From Lytechinus pictus (Eukaryota): a stretch of 64,000 nucleotides of DNA. The stretch is taken from the NCBI RefSeq assembly GCF_037042905.1, contig NC_087255.1, forward strand, positions 29,450,001 to 29,514,000. Direction: 5' to 3'. The position numbers and the translations under genes are program-made. This document shows positions 25,365-39,512 of the stretch, one piece after another; the first letter of the stretch is position 1; every line of letters starts with the position of its first letter. Below the pieces are notes generated by a model. The model was given only the letters and a program-made list of their open reading frames with translations. It did no database searches and was not told the origin of the DNA.

Positions 25365-27721
25365 GTTGTATTTGCTCAATTTTCTTTCCATGCTATAAAC
25401 CTTGATTCTGCTTCCAGGGAGTTGTATGTGATCTCACTACCAACTCCCTAGCTGGTGCTTCTGACCAGGAGATCTTGATTATGACCACTTCAAACTATGA
25501 TACTGAAATATAAATCGAATTAATTTCGGACTTAGAATCTGATTTGTTTTATATTTAGTGTATTTGTTTGTAATGAATTTGGGACTTAGAATTTGATTCA
25601 TTTTATTCTAAATGTATTTTGTTTGTATTTTAGTTGTTTTTTATTACATTTTTTATTTATTGGAAAATATTTATTCAGGATAAAAAGATAAGCTAAATTG
25701 CTGTTTTACATCAATGTTTTGTAAATACATGTATCCTCAGTACCATAGCTACACTGTAAATGCAAGTGGTTTTAATGTTCACAGGTATGATGGTAATTTT
25801 GATAATTGCCAATGAGTAGATTTATTTGATGTAATACATGTTTTTTTCCTTGGAATCATATAATGTACCTCACAGAGATAAAACGGACTAAAATACCGTA
25901 TACGTTTGAAATACAAATCTGCCCATATGTCATGTTGAAATGAATGTATAGGCAAGTCTATTAAAAATGTCAATATATACAGTATATTCCATGAACTTTA
26001 AATTTGATGAAAAAGGTTAGATATGTTACTGAAAAATGGATTCGAAATATTCGAACAGAATAAGTATCACAGACATTATCTCTCTTAGCTGTTTAAATTC
26101 TTACATTTAGCAGGAAATTTTTACGACTATTCCCCTTGTTTTATGGGACTCCCTCGATGAATATGCCAAAGAATTTTCGGGAGGGGTTGTCATCAGAGGA
26201 ATTAAAGATGTAGAGTGAGCTAGAGAAGTTATCCTACAGTGCTCCATGAAGGTTGTCAGGTTGGAAACTCCGGGAGTCTCGGGGAAAGTTTTCCACGAGG
26301 ATAAAAAAAAGGTTCTTAAGTTTACCCATGGCTTTACAAAAAAGTGTAGATCTTCATCTTGGTTGTATATTATAGGTATAGAGAAAGGGGTCTTGATTAC
26401 GAAGGGAGGCACAAACATTGTCGGAATGTATTGAGCTCAAATCCTGGACCACCCCCCTTCTCTCGATGTTTTGATATGAACTAACAATTTTTTTTGGAAG
26501 AATGAAAAAAATACTTGCAACTTCACAACTTCAAATGTGACAACTTGCCGACATTAAATTTGGTTAAGTCGGCTTTCTATATTATGTTTAGAAAATCATC
26601 TCAGTTCAGACCAGAACGTGTACAAGTTGTGCTATTTACATCTTCTATGTCATATTTCGCATAAGTCAAACATATAACTCGACTTAGGCAGATCGTTTCA
26701 GCAGTGTAGTGCAAAGTGTGAGGTCGTTCTTAATCTGTCTCTATATTTAGAACAGTGAAGTATGAATAAAATATTGCAAAAACACGTGTTTTTTATCATA
26801 CTTGTCTATATATTCTACCCCTCGTTATTAATGATGGCCTTTTCCCCCAGTTGACTTTGCTTGTAATGCTTTTTAAAAGGAAATAAACAATAAACAAAGT
26901 TGGATTTGATTTGAATTGGGTTTATTACCAAATCTCTCTGTATGGTCCATGCAATCATTATTATGATTATAATAGCTGATTATAACACATATTTACAAAC
27001 ATTATCTACTAAGACCTTATACGATAGCAACATGACAATCGAGGTTTAGCCCCGAGTATAAATTATATCATACTTTAAACAGTATCGTACAAAATATTGA
27101 ACAATTCATAAACTTGCCTTTATACATTCAACATGATTCAATACATTGAAACGTCGGTTTTAAAAAAAATATATACATGAATATTTACAGATAATGAAAT
27201 ATGATATTTTCTTACACAGCTCAATACCACTAGTAGATTATACACACACACACAGTAAAATTGGTTGAATATGAACAGATGCATGTTGAATGAATACAGT
27301 ATTCAATGCTATATTCGACATCCAAAATTGACTGAATATGTATGACATGTACAAATTGCTTTATGTTTAGTACGATCTGACGACGCGAATTCCAATGACC
27401 GTAGATGTGATATAGTAAGTAATTTATTTATGTACAATTATATTATGTATTAGTATTTCATTTCATATGCATCCAGTTTCAACAACAAATACAGTCAAGT
27501 AAAGTAAGTCAATATGATTAAAGCAGTATTATAAATACTGTGCAATCGTCGCTATTGAAATAAGCATGCTAGCATATCTGTAAATATACAATCAATAAAA
27601 TCTTCTTTTTTAAGTGCTCCATATCGCGTGGAAATGGAAAGACCCACTTGATTACAATTCTTGTGTTAGGTGGGGTTTTAACGAAACGGAAGTCGGGAAC
27701 ATAACAAGGAAAGGAAAACTA

Positions 27722-28039
27722 CACTGTTAGAAAATTTCTACTTAAAAAACAAAAATTCCTGCAGCAGAGTCCCGAGAACATGTGTAATCTTACTGCACTG
27801 CGTAATATTACATGCATTTGTGTAAAATGACAGAAAATAGATATTTGGTGTATGTAACCTAACAAATTTATTGTTATAAAACTGTTTTCCCTCTTTTTAA
27901 CTCAGACCTGTTCTGTAAAATTTTATAACTGTATAAAATCTTTGCTGTTTTAAATATTTACAGAATGATTTGGTTACTTCTTTCTGTAAAATCTGTTTTT
28001 GTTTCTTTTGTAAAATCTTCTGTTTTTTTTCTAACAGTG
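27722..28039. mobile_element. CACTG-ended MITE (EnSpm/CACTA-like) with TA flanks, in the probable 3'UTR of the YWTD gene
   Basis: TA|CACTGTTAGAAAA ... TTTTCTAACAGTG|TA. Confidence 0.75.
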
Positions 28040-28312
28040 TAGTATGATAGTCACCAACAGAGAAAACAACCACATTACTTGAAATTACCGAAACACCCCC
28101 CAAAAATCCATTGACAGAACAATACAAAAGAAAAGTATAAGTCAATATTACTACGAAAAGGCAATCCAGAAAACGACAAAACTGAAAAATTAAGGATAGA
28201 ATTGGTCTTATAAAATAAAATATTGATCTGAAATATCCACTAGCTAAGAATCGAAATAGATAAATATTGACAATTCTAAGGGGAAGAAATCGTCAAGATA
28301 AGATATTACTCA

Positions 28313-31300
28313 TCAACGACGAATTTGCCCAGGTACCCAAACACTTCCGTTTAAATATGTTGGAGGGGGCTCCGTTTGTTGTAATCCCGGTCGATCCAAG
28401 TACGGATATGCATAAGGGTACGGCTCTGTATATCCCGAGGAATCTCCTATCACAGGTGTTTCACTGAAGGCGCCATCAACATCAGTGGTGTTTTCGTATA
28501 GTCCAAAGCCATCTGTTGTTTCATATACATGTGATGGAGGCATTTCAGGGTTTGACTGGACACGATTTAGCTCAAGGGAGGATGGCAGACGCCCTGGAAG
28601 AACAGTAGACCTCTCGGTAGATGGAGTTTGATTGATGTTCGTTCTTATTGGATCTGGCTCGAGGTAGGATGGTAGACGACCAGGAAGGGCGACATTAGAA
28701 GACTTTGTTGACTCAACCGATGGAGATCTATCTCGACTGGCAATAGAATGATACAATATACCGTAATGATTTGAACTCTGTTGTTTAGTATTTTTCTTTT
28801 ATTTAGAATCCGCGATTCTTTTTTACTGTTCATCCCCCCTATAAACCTTAAAACTTGTCTTCCTCTTTGCCAATTTCTCCCAATAAATACTTTTTAATAA
28901 CCCTTTCTCTGTCCCTCTTTTTTTTTGTCTTCATCTTGTTCTTCTACCCATCCTTTTCCTTCTTCCTTTCCGACTATACTTCTTCTTTTTCTTCTTCCCC
29001 TCCTCATTCCTCTTCTTCTACTACTTCTACTACTCCTACTAATACTACTACTACTATATACATTTCCCCTTTTCTTATTTTTTTTCTTCATCTTCTCCTA
29101 CTACTGCTGCTGCTGCTACACTTCTACTACTACTCCTGCTACTACTACTACTATATACATTTCCCCTTTTCTTATTTTTTTTCTTCATCTTCTCCTACTA
29201 CTGCTGCTGCTGCTACACTTCTACTACTACTACTGCTGCTGCTGCTGCTACACTACTACTACTACTTCTATTACTCCTACTGCTGCTGCTACACTACTAT
29301 TACTTCTACTACTACTAATACTACTCCTGCTACTACTACTATTTCTACTACTACTTCTACTACTACTATACACACTTTTCCCTTAATTTTCTTCTTATTT
29401 TTTTTCTTCATCTTTTCCTTCTTCTTTTCCTTCTTCAGCGTATAGGCATGTACCAATAAGTCATCTTACCTTATTTTAATTCCAATAGTTATTATCAAGA
29501 TGATGATTAGAACTCCAATTATTGAACCTCCTGAGATAACGATGATAAACATCGATTGTGGTAGATTCTGGTTGCCATCTATGTAATATAAAATAATTAT
29601 ATTTTGGTTTGGGCAAAAATCGATCGTGAACATCCGAAAGGATCACTAGCGGTACTTTAATCTTTCCAAATCAAACTAAGAAAGTTGTAATCAAAAGAAA
29701 TGAACCAATATAGGGAATAAAATAGTTATAACAATTAGAAGATTAAGCATGGAACGGACTCCTGTCCAAATAATTTAATCAACATTTGAGAAGCACGTTT
29801 GGATTAATTTTCGACTGGGTCTTAATAGCATTTAAGTTTCATTTATAATCGTATGTGGCGGATACCGGCGGTAGGGGCATATCCGGCCTGTGAATACCCC
29901 CCCCCCCCCCCCCGCGCATTTGAGAGCCATTATAAATCGAGTGGAAAATGTCTTGCAATTTTTGCTTGTCAAATTTTTCTTGAAAGAAATATCCATCTTT
30001 CTTTCTTTTAAACAGTACTGCAACCTCCTTGGTAAATCCTGGATCCGCCCCTGATAATCGTTCGAAATGCTAGTCTATAGTCTAGTCAGACGGACCCTGC
30101 AGCTTCTGTCTTTGCCTTTACGAGTCTGATGTGCCGTTATTATATACGCAAAGAATCAGCAATACGTCTGATGCGGAGGAGCCGTGGTGTAGTGGTTCTG
30201 ATTCTCGCCTTGTAAACAGAGGGTCGTGTGTTCGAATTCCACCTCGGTCTGGTGTCCTTTGGCAAGGCGTTAATCCACAGTTTGCCACTCTCGACCCAGG
30301 GGCTAAATGGGTACCCGATAGGATGTGAAAGTCATTGTAGCTTGTCCAGTACTGTGTGCGCCTCACCGGCGACTGACTGGAATACTCCACAGGGAGTGGA
30401 GGATGTGCACACATTGTGTGCGGGAATGACTGATTGAATCCGATGACCGGGGTAATATATGTAAAGCGCTTAGACACGTCGTGATGTATTAAGCGCTATA
30501 TAAAAGCGGATTATTATTAATATTATGCGAAAGACTGCGTACATGTACAGTGGCTGCGTTCTCGAAAGGCTTGCAATTGAAGAAATTCATTTTAAACCAT
30601 AACACCCTTTCTAATTGTATATTTGAATAATTCCAAAACACTGTTTCTTCCCCCAAAACGCATCAATGCACGGCAGTACGCAAATTTTTTTTTCTTTGGA
30701 TCAGGCGGGTTATGAGCAAGAATCATTCAAATAATCGAAGAAACTCGAAAGCGAGGGAGCAAGGACGCCGAGCTTGTCTAAGGGCGCAATTTCTAAAGCG
30801 AAATTTCTAGCACCCTTTTAGCTGTTTAGTGAATTTTCCTAAGTACATTTTTTTCAATGCAAGTTTTCAAAATTTCGGAGGGGGGGGGGGGGTAGGAAAC
30901 GCCTACCCTTTATAATTATCTCCAGGCTCCGCGGGGAGTACCTCCATGATCCAGTCCATGACCGTACGCAGCAGAGGGGGGGGGGTCACACTAACATTCT
31001 AATGACAATTTTTACAAAAAGTATGCACGAAAATGTTCAATTCCACTGTGGAAAATGCAAAAGCTCCCCCATGACAAGCTCGGTTGCTTCACTCTCGCTT
31101 TTTTAGTTTCTAAGAAAATGTTTACGTGTATTGCCCCCCCCCCCCCCGGCCCGGTAAATATTTCTTTGAACAGCCAGCATGATCCAGTCATAAAGACCTA
31201 CCTGCTGTCGTAGAGTTAATCGTTGTAGACATCGAAGAGGACCCGGCTATTGTCGTGTGATTGGTGGAATCTTGAACGACGGTCGTGGTAGTTGTCATCG

Positions 31301-34300
31301 AATCTGCGGTTGATGGACACGGCGCTTGCTGGGGTGCAGACTTGGAATCTGGATCACAGATGACTATCGTGGATGAGGGATTAAAACAAACTACATAATT
31401 AAAATTTGAAATGAAATCTGAAATCAAGAAACGTGTCTTAGAGAAAATAGCCATCAAACGGTACTGCATATCAGTAATCAAGATTGCTAAGAAACCCAAT
31501 GTTCGCTTATTATGATTATTGTCAACACTCGAGATCTTTCTCCAATCCAGACATCCTTTTTATCAGATTGGACCTTAATATACGGAAGCCACCTTATTCC
31601 CAAGGATAACGTAAAGGATTGGCACTGGGTTGGGCAATTTAAGAGTCACATTATTTAGGAAGATATCTTCCATATATCGACGTCCAACCTGGACTAATCT
31701 TCTTTGTGCTGCGGATAAGTGACGATGAAGTATTGCTGGAAATTACAAAGTGGCACAATAGACGACGCGACTAGAAGATTAAGACACAACGTAGATTGCA
31801 TTACCATGGTTACAATGCTATCGAAGAGGAGCATTCTAGTAGCCAATGGAGATACTTCTGAATGACATGTTACTGATCGTCACCGGCTCCTGTACTGGGT
31901 TTCATGAAGGGACTTTATCCGACAAGTTCTGGTTTATCCGACAATTACCATAGTAACAGTACCTCTCAGCCAATCAGAATCAAGGAAAGATGTCAGATCT
32001 GACAACTTGTCGGACAAAAATGTTGATGAAACGCTCCCCTGATATCACTATTCATCCTGATTGGCGATAATATATACTTGTATTATAGTAAGATTATAAC
32101 ATGTGCGTGCTTTTAATACATCACTGGATATCTCGACTCTAATGGGCTATCTTGTCAGAGTACGCCTGGCAGATAAAATGATATAAAAATAAGCAAAATA
32201 TATGATCGACAGCCATTATAGATACCTTCCGAAAATTCGCTAATAAAGATATGCCTCAGATCCCGAAATTGAACTTCGTTGCCTTGGATCGTTATTTCTG
32301 TTTGTTCACTTCTTCGCGACTTGTCGATTTCTAAGATGACCGACTGAGTATTATCAGAGTAGAATATCTTATCTTCCCTTCCAAGGAGCGCGAGGCCGTA
32401 AGGTTTGATGAAGGAGAAGCCTTGCACCTTGGTAACGTGTTCCCTACGGTCTTTACCATTAATAGTTACAGACTCCACACGCCCTCGCCCAAAGTCTGCC
32501 CAGTACAAACGATCCTCTAAAAAGAAGAAAACATATAACATGTCTTAAAATCGTCAAGGTAGAATTGACAAAAATGGAATGTTACATTAAATTTGAATTT
32601 GACATTAAAAGTTGTCTGAGCAGAATACAGTTCTATCCACACTACACCTCTTCTGTGTGTACATTATTGGCATTCAAAACTTTGCATGTGTATTAATAAT
32701 AGTTGGATGTTATAACTTCTCTTATCTTTTTATATTAGTGCGAGTTTTCTTCTTGGTATAAGTAAGATGACAATATAGGATAAATTATTGCTGCAATAAC
32801 CGTGTAACATAGAACAAATTCATGAATGTACACTGTACTATTGAAATTACATGAACAAAAAATATATAGTTACAGCATTATTGTGATAATCTGTTCTGTC
32901 GTCGCGTTGTTGTATTTTTTTAAAATCCACATTAAGTTTAATTAACAACATAAAAATGCCTTATTACCATCGTGGTTGAGGGAAACTGCAGTCGGATAAT
33001 TCAGCTCATTTGAAACGATCGTCATGCGTTGGCTGCCTGTGGTATTGACACGCTCAATTTTCCTAGGATTGTTATTGTCACCCCGATCAGCCCAAAATAG
33101 AAGGCTGTATAAAACAAATAAATATATGAATGAATGGATGAATGACTGAATGATTGAATAGATGGATGGATGGACGAATTAAGGAATGATTGAATAAACA
33201 AACGAATGATTGAATGAATGAATCAATCAATCAATCAATAAATAAATAAATGAAAATAATATATGAAACTGCCGAATGTTGGCGGAAAAAAAACAACGGA
33301 ATGAGTAAGAGGCCACAAGGGAAAGGTTGGAGCATGAATCGCGAATTGGAAAAAAGGAAGGGCGGATATTTGTCATATCGTGAAAAGAGGCAACAATAAC
33401 ATAATTTCTTGCCAAAAGCCTCCCCCATGTGATATATTTGTATTAAAAATAATATTCGAACCATACATTTCATAGCCTAATGGCATAATTATGAAACAAT
33501 ATTCTGATCCAGCTTACAATAATTAAAGGCCCCATTTGATTTAGGAAAGAAAAAAGGAAATCATTAAATTAGATACCAATCGAAAGCGTGTTAACTACAA
33601 AGCATATGCAGATTCACTTTTACCGGTTTCTATGGTAACAACATACATGGTGATAAAACGGAAAACTTTTTTTTTCATTAACATAATGTTCCCCAGCGAA
33701 GACAGCTCAAACGAGGCAGGATGATATTGCTTGATTTAGTTGAAAGTGAATAAACATCCGACATGTCCGAGGCAATGAAAGTTCAGACAAGGATTGTGTA
33801 TAAGAGGCTGTTCTCACTACGTTCCTAAAACTAGTTTACTGGGAACCGGTTCAGAAAGCCAGTTTGGAAGATCGCTTTGCTAGCGTTCTCACTTGATCAC
33901 ACGAAAGTGGTTTTCAAAATCACTTCACGTATAGCGCTCTTGTTGCTATGGAAACGCTCTCAGTGGGGAGACACGTTTCGCGCGAAATTCGAAACCGCAG
34001 CATAGGCATTCTACACCTGTCGTGTGGAGTAGCGCGCTCAAAATGTGCGAAGATCGCTTCCCGAAGAACGGTTGTGTCCTCACTTACGCTAAAACCACTT
34101 TTCCGATGCGAAGCGATCTTGAAAACTACATCGCGAGGTGGTCTTCCAAACTGGTTTGGAAGAGCGCTTCCAAGAGCGCTTCGACCGTTCTCACTTAGCG
34201 TTAAACTAGTTTCCACTAAACTAGTTTCCACTAAACTAGTTTAAGGAACTGAGTGAGAACAGCCTCTAATTCCCTCACTTGTTTCTCGTGGACACTGTGA

Positions 34301-35825
34301 TACCTTCCGGCCTCGTTAATCCACTATTGACCAATACAGTTCTGTCAGTGCCGTTAAGGGTTGAAGATCCTACCACATCAAGTTCATAGTCTGTCCAGTA
34401 AATTCTGTCGTTCATCGTGTCAATGGCCAGACCAGCAGGATCTGCGACAAAAATATGGAAATGCATTTTCCAACTGTCATATATTAGCAGGGTAGAATTT
34501 ATCATTAAAAAACATTGACGTTGGAAAATTATTATTTAAAAGAAAATGACATAATACTTCTTACTACATGAAGTATGAATTCAGAACACGATAGTTGATT
34601 AGAGCACGACGTCTTATATCCTATCACCATAATCTATAGGCCTAGATAGATAGTTGTGTTTAAATATCGCGTATTTTATAAGTTGCACAAATTTGCCTGT
34701 ATAGTATCTGCAAATATCGTACGCCGAAATTTGACGGATTCCTCATTATAATTTTATGCAAAACTTGGGAAATATCTTGTCTTGATATCAAATACAATCA
34801 AATTTGTAAAATTAGGACAAAATGTCCTGGTCACGATTTGAGGCAATTATGTTTCTCCATCAGGCAAATTCACTTACATCCTAATTCTTCCACTATGATT
34901 CTCTGATCAGTACCATCAATATTCGCTCTTAGGATGGCGTCAAGAACACCATCTGACCAGAAGACAGTCCTTGATCTATTGTCAAAGGCGACTGCCCATG
35001 GCAACATCAGGTTGTCCAAAGGCAGAGCTTTAAAGTCTGTTTCAGCAAAAGACCCGTTTTCATCGGAAACACCCACGTATATCGCCTGACTCCCCATCCC
35101 TGGATCAGCGACGAACATTTCAGCTGGAAATAAGGTAAAAACATAAATTTGAAATCAACCGGTTACGGTATATCATTTCGACAAGAAATCATCGAAGATA
35201 CTTTATTAACTTCGCCGAGGACATTTGATCTAAAAAGGGCAACTGAACCCACATGAGCTCCTGCACATGAGAAAATTCAAGTAAGCATAAATATGCATAG
35301 GTACTTTAATGTTTAGTTTTATTTTCACATAGCATTAAATTTACATGAAATTTACAGAAACACTGGCTTTTTTAAATTTACCCAAATACCTAATACACTG
35401 TAAAAAAAAATATATTGGGTAAAATGTATACCACCACGAGGGTAATGATGTGTCCAACCAATTTGGGGCAGTATTTTACCCAATGCGGAAAGTATATTGT
35501 CCAGTAAGGTTAAAAAATAAGCAGCAATTACTTTAGAATGGGCAACATTTTCATCACACTGGATAAATAAAAATGCCCAAAAGAAATGCCCAATGTTGGT
35601 TGGACACATACATAATTACCCTCATGGAGCACTTTTACCCAATATTTTTTAGAGTGTATGTGAGCTTGCTTCCTTTAACACAATATTGGATAATCCTTTG
35701 TATTTTTTTTAAATACAGATTGAACTTATAAACAATGTTAAATGAAACTTATATATACCTCCATAAGTGCAGATTTTGAAAAATCCTGGAACTGCGAAGA
35801 CTAGAGCAGTGGTTATGAACCTCAT
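28313..35825 (-). CDS. LRP-like single-pass membrane protein: signal peptide, one six-bladed YWTD (LDLR class B) beta-propeller, S/T-rich stalk, TM helix, Tyr-rich tail; 541 aa
   Basis: Exons 35759-35825, 34878-35123, 34279-34441, 32968-33104, 32226-32516, 31202-31390, 29470-29578, 28313-28736, all GT-AG and phase-consistent (1626 nt). Blade motifs FVAD, FWSD, YWTD, FWAD, YWAD, FYSD. TM MFIIVISGGSIIGVLIIILIITIGI. Confidence 0.85.
28970..29370. repeat. (CTA/CTG/CTT)n low-complexity microsatellite
   Basis: Trinucleotide runs that generate spurious poly-L/T/Y ORFs. Confidence 0.9.
30175..30520 (+). mobile_element. Full-length tRNA-derived SINE (CORE/Meta-like centre, L2-like tail)
   Basis: A box GTGGTGTAGTGG, B box GTTCGAATTCC, centre CCTTTGGCAAGGC...GACCCAGG...AAATGGGTACC, tail TAAGCGCTATATAAAAGCGGA(TTA)n. 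Confidence 0.85.
33804..34266. mobile_element. PIF/Harbinger-type MITE (TAA TSD)
   Basis: TAA|GAGGCTGTTCTCACT ... AGTGAGAACAGCCTC|TAA, long imperfect inverted arms. Confidence 0.85.
35396..35656. mobile_element. CACT-ended MITE; second copy at ~39109-39362
   Basis: CACTGTAAAAAA..TATTGGGTAAA ... TTTACCCAATATTTTT(T)AGAGTG. The two copies are highly similar. Confidence 0.8.
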
Positions 35826-36241
35826 CTTTGAGATGAAATTAAATACCTGTGAATCAAATTATGGAAATTAAAATTATCATCGCAAACCCATGACAAGTCA
35901 ATGGAAGTAATTTTCCATTATTATTATTTTTTTTTAAAGAATGAATATCAGACGATTATTGAAATCGCATCATTTACTCACACAACAACATGGTTTTATA
36001 TTCACTTGGTGTCACTACCATTACGTTGATTACGTTGTAATACCATAATGATTATTAATCCACAATTTGGTATAATATTACTTTGCCCAACTATCGCTTC
36101 CGTCTAAATCTGGGAGGGGAAAGGGTTGGGGATATTCCCTACTTTTCGGAGAAGAGGTGTAGCATGTACAATCACCCCACACTTTTCAAGACAGAAACGT
36201 TATTTTTTTAATCACCGAATGATGCGTGGATTTATCTTTAA

Positions 36242-36838
36242 AGGACAAGTCCACCCCAACGAAAGGTTGATTTGAATAAAAAGAGAAAAATCCAACGAGC
36301 ATAACACTGAAAATTTCATCAAAATCGGGTGTAAAATAAGAAAGTTATGACATTTTAAAGTTTCGCTTAATTTCACAAAACAGTTCTATGTACATTCTGG
36401 TCGGTATGCAAATGAGGGGACTGATGACATCACTCACTCACTATTTCTTTTGTATTTCATTATGTGAAATATGATTCATTCCCATTTTCTCCTCATTGTC
36501 CTTAAAACAAAAGTTTCATTCCACCCTGAACAAGTGGAATTCCCATCGCCTTAATATTTTATGGTTCTGTGAAGTTGGTCCTTATTGTTAAATCTGTAAA
36601 AATTGAAATATTCTGTAATTCAAAAATAAAAAACAAAAGAAATAGTGAGTGAGGGACATCGACTCTCATTCGCATGTCATTGAGATGTGCATATAACTGT
36701 TTTGTGAAAAATAAGCGAAACTTTAAAATGTCATAACTTCCTTATTTTACATCCGATTTTGATGAAATTTTCAGCATTATGCTAGTTTGATTTTTTCTAT
36801 CTATTAAAATCAACATTCTTCTGAGGTGGACTTGACCT
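36242..36838. mobile_element. Kolobok-type MITE, same family as 10127-10711, inverted
   Basis: TTAA|AGGACAAGTCCACC ... GGTGGACTTGACCT|TTAA. Confidence 0.85.
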
Positions 36839-39512
36839 TTAAATGCGGTTAAAGTGCTTAAACTTGCCAAATACCGCGTTCAAAGAATTCAAAATTTCTC
36901 TCGCTGTCGCCCCGCTCCGGTGCTCAATCTAATCTTACAAAATTTAAGCCATGGCATAGTCCTACGTTTAGCTTATTGCAAAATCCCTCTATCATGAGAG
37001 TATGGTTATAATACGTCCATTTATGAATCATATGATACCAAATACCTTTAAATATAGTTATAACTTATATTACTTCAAATGATCATAAGCCAATCAAATC
37101 TTCCGTTGAGTTAATACACTGGCGTGAATGTGGGGGGGGGGGGGGGGGGAGGCAAGGGTCATATTATCCTAGCATCTTTGTGGAAGGGGAAGATATTTGA
37201 TACAAAAAATATACAAAAACCATATAGTTTAAGTTAAGTGTATATACCATGAGTTACTAATGACATTGACCAACATTCCGTTAATGAAACACAGAAGCAA
37301 GTTAATTAATACAGCAATATTTCCCACACACTTTCATCCGTTTATAGGAGAATTTAATTCACAACAATGTAATAAATATTTCAAATATGAAATCTGTTCA
37401 AAATAATGAATGTTGCATCATCACCCAATAATCTTAAAGATTATTCAAAATCTTTCCTTTCTGCAATATTTTACTTTTAATTTGCTTCCTTTGCCATTTT
37501 CACATTTTTAGAAGTTTACAGTTTGGCCTGTGATGGCACCCTATGCATGCCATAGGTGGTGGCCTATAATCAGTTTAATAAAGCACCCTTAATCCCGATA
37601 ATCAGATCCCCATTTTCATTCTTATCTCACCTTTAACCAGTGAGCAAATGAGTTTCATTGGACAAAATATGGACTGTTTAATAATTTTTTGCTCATTATA
37701 TTTCCTTTTCTTCTAGAGTTTAATTTATTGATTAATTACCTTTATAATCCTCTGTAATGTATTCACATCTTTTTTAACGACTGAAGCAACCTTTTCAAGA
37801 CTCGCTCATTACGTTCCCTCGCTGCATTTCTCCAATGATTGCACACACTTGAAATACGATTTTGGCACCAATTCTGTTTCTAACTATTGAAAATTTGCTC
37901 GCTCGCATCACTCACTCGCATATTGATATTAACTGCAATTCTTTACTTAAATCTCTACAAATCCATTACAATATAGCCATCGGAAAAAAAATCGTGATAG
38001 ACCTTTGACTGAAAGATGGTAGTACAGTGAACACTTTTACAGTATATACACATCCGACATTGCCAAATATGTGATAATTACACACCACCGAAAGAGGGCT
38101 TTGGACATCATTTTGTCTTCCAACTACTGAAAATTTACTTGATGGTTTCGTTTGCTCGCATATATTGATATCTACTGTAAAAAATCATGATAGGCCTCTA
38201 ACTGAAAGATGGTAGTACAATATACACATTAACAATATAGCCATCGAAAAAATCGTGATAGGCCTTGAACTGAAAGATGGTAGTATAATGTACACATTTA
38301 CAGTATATACCTACGTATACATTGCCCGTGAAGTGATAATATTACATACCACTTGAAAGAGGTTTTTGGACACCATCTCGTCTTCCAACTACTGAAAATT
38401 TGCTCGTTCGCTTCGCTCGCTCGCATATTGTTATTAACTGTAATTCCTTACTTTATATCACAAAAAACCTATTCCAATATAGCCATCGAAAAAAAAAATC
38501 GTATAGGCCTTTATGAGAAAGATAACAGTATTATGTACACGGTTATGTACCCACGTATACATAGCTCTTGGTGTGGGGGTGTACCCAAAATTTTGATTAT
38601 TCAGGTGAATATATTGCTATCACCCCCACCCCCCTTGCTCTGAATGGATTTACACCATTGTCACGTTCGGTCACACTGAATGCAAATATTGTCCAAGGTT
38701 GAATAATTTGGATTTCCTCGTTTGTTGAAACTTTCTTTTTAAAAAATAATTAAAAAAACATTATTTGCGAAACTATTGGACCATGAATCCACAGATACAA
38801 TTTCACCCAACCACACACACACACACAAAAAAAACACAATAAATCGTGTTGATAAGTTATCCGTAATAGAGATCATGCGATATTTTGCATTATAATTTTG
38901 ACTAAAGAGAGAGAAGGTCACATACCTTACATTCTTAAATTCTGAAATATAAAATAACAAAGTTCAGTGGGCCATTTTTTTTTTAGTTATATCAATCGGA
39001 GTTCAATTCAAATAATATAATGTTGTCATTATATCATGGGTCTCATATAGGTCCAAGGGTATCAATAATACAATTTCTTAAAAAAACTAACAATATGTAT
39101 ACAGTATACACTGTAAAAAATATTGGGTAAAATTTTAATCAGCACGAGGGTAATTATGTGTCCAACCAATTTGGGGCAGTATTTTACCCAATGCGGGAAG
39201 CATATTGTCCAGTAAGGTTGAAAAATAAGCAGCATTTACTTTAGAATGGACAAAATTGTCATCACACTGGATAAATAAAAAAATGCCCCAAAGAAATGCC
39301 CAAAGTTGGTTGAACACATAATTACCCTCATGGAGCATTTTTACCCAATATTTTAAAGAGTGCATATATAATACATTTCGTTGATAAAACAATTTACAAA
39401 AAGCGGATTCAGCATAAAGTTATATCATCAATGCGGCAGTCACACAGATGATACTGATTTTAGAACAATGCACTATTCATGGAGTCATACTATCGGTCGG
39501 TTTGGAGTCGAC

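Noticed and set aside
28645-28833. ORF MNSKKES... as the YWTD receptor tail
   Set aside because: The pyrimidine-rich acceptor at 28737 puts the tail in the longer Tyr-rich frame, and the upstream AGs lack polypyrimidine tracts.
28855-29445. Long ORFs (196, 153 and 65 aa)
   Set aside because: Translations of a trinucleotide microsatellite inside an intron.
30175-30250. tRNA genes (also near 12010-12082 and 59030-59105)
   Set aside because: These are SINE heads continuous with SINE bodies and tails.
33920-34244. Overlapping sense and antisense ORFs
   Set aside because: They lie wholly within a palindromic Harbinger MITE.
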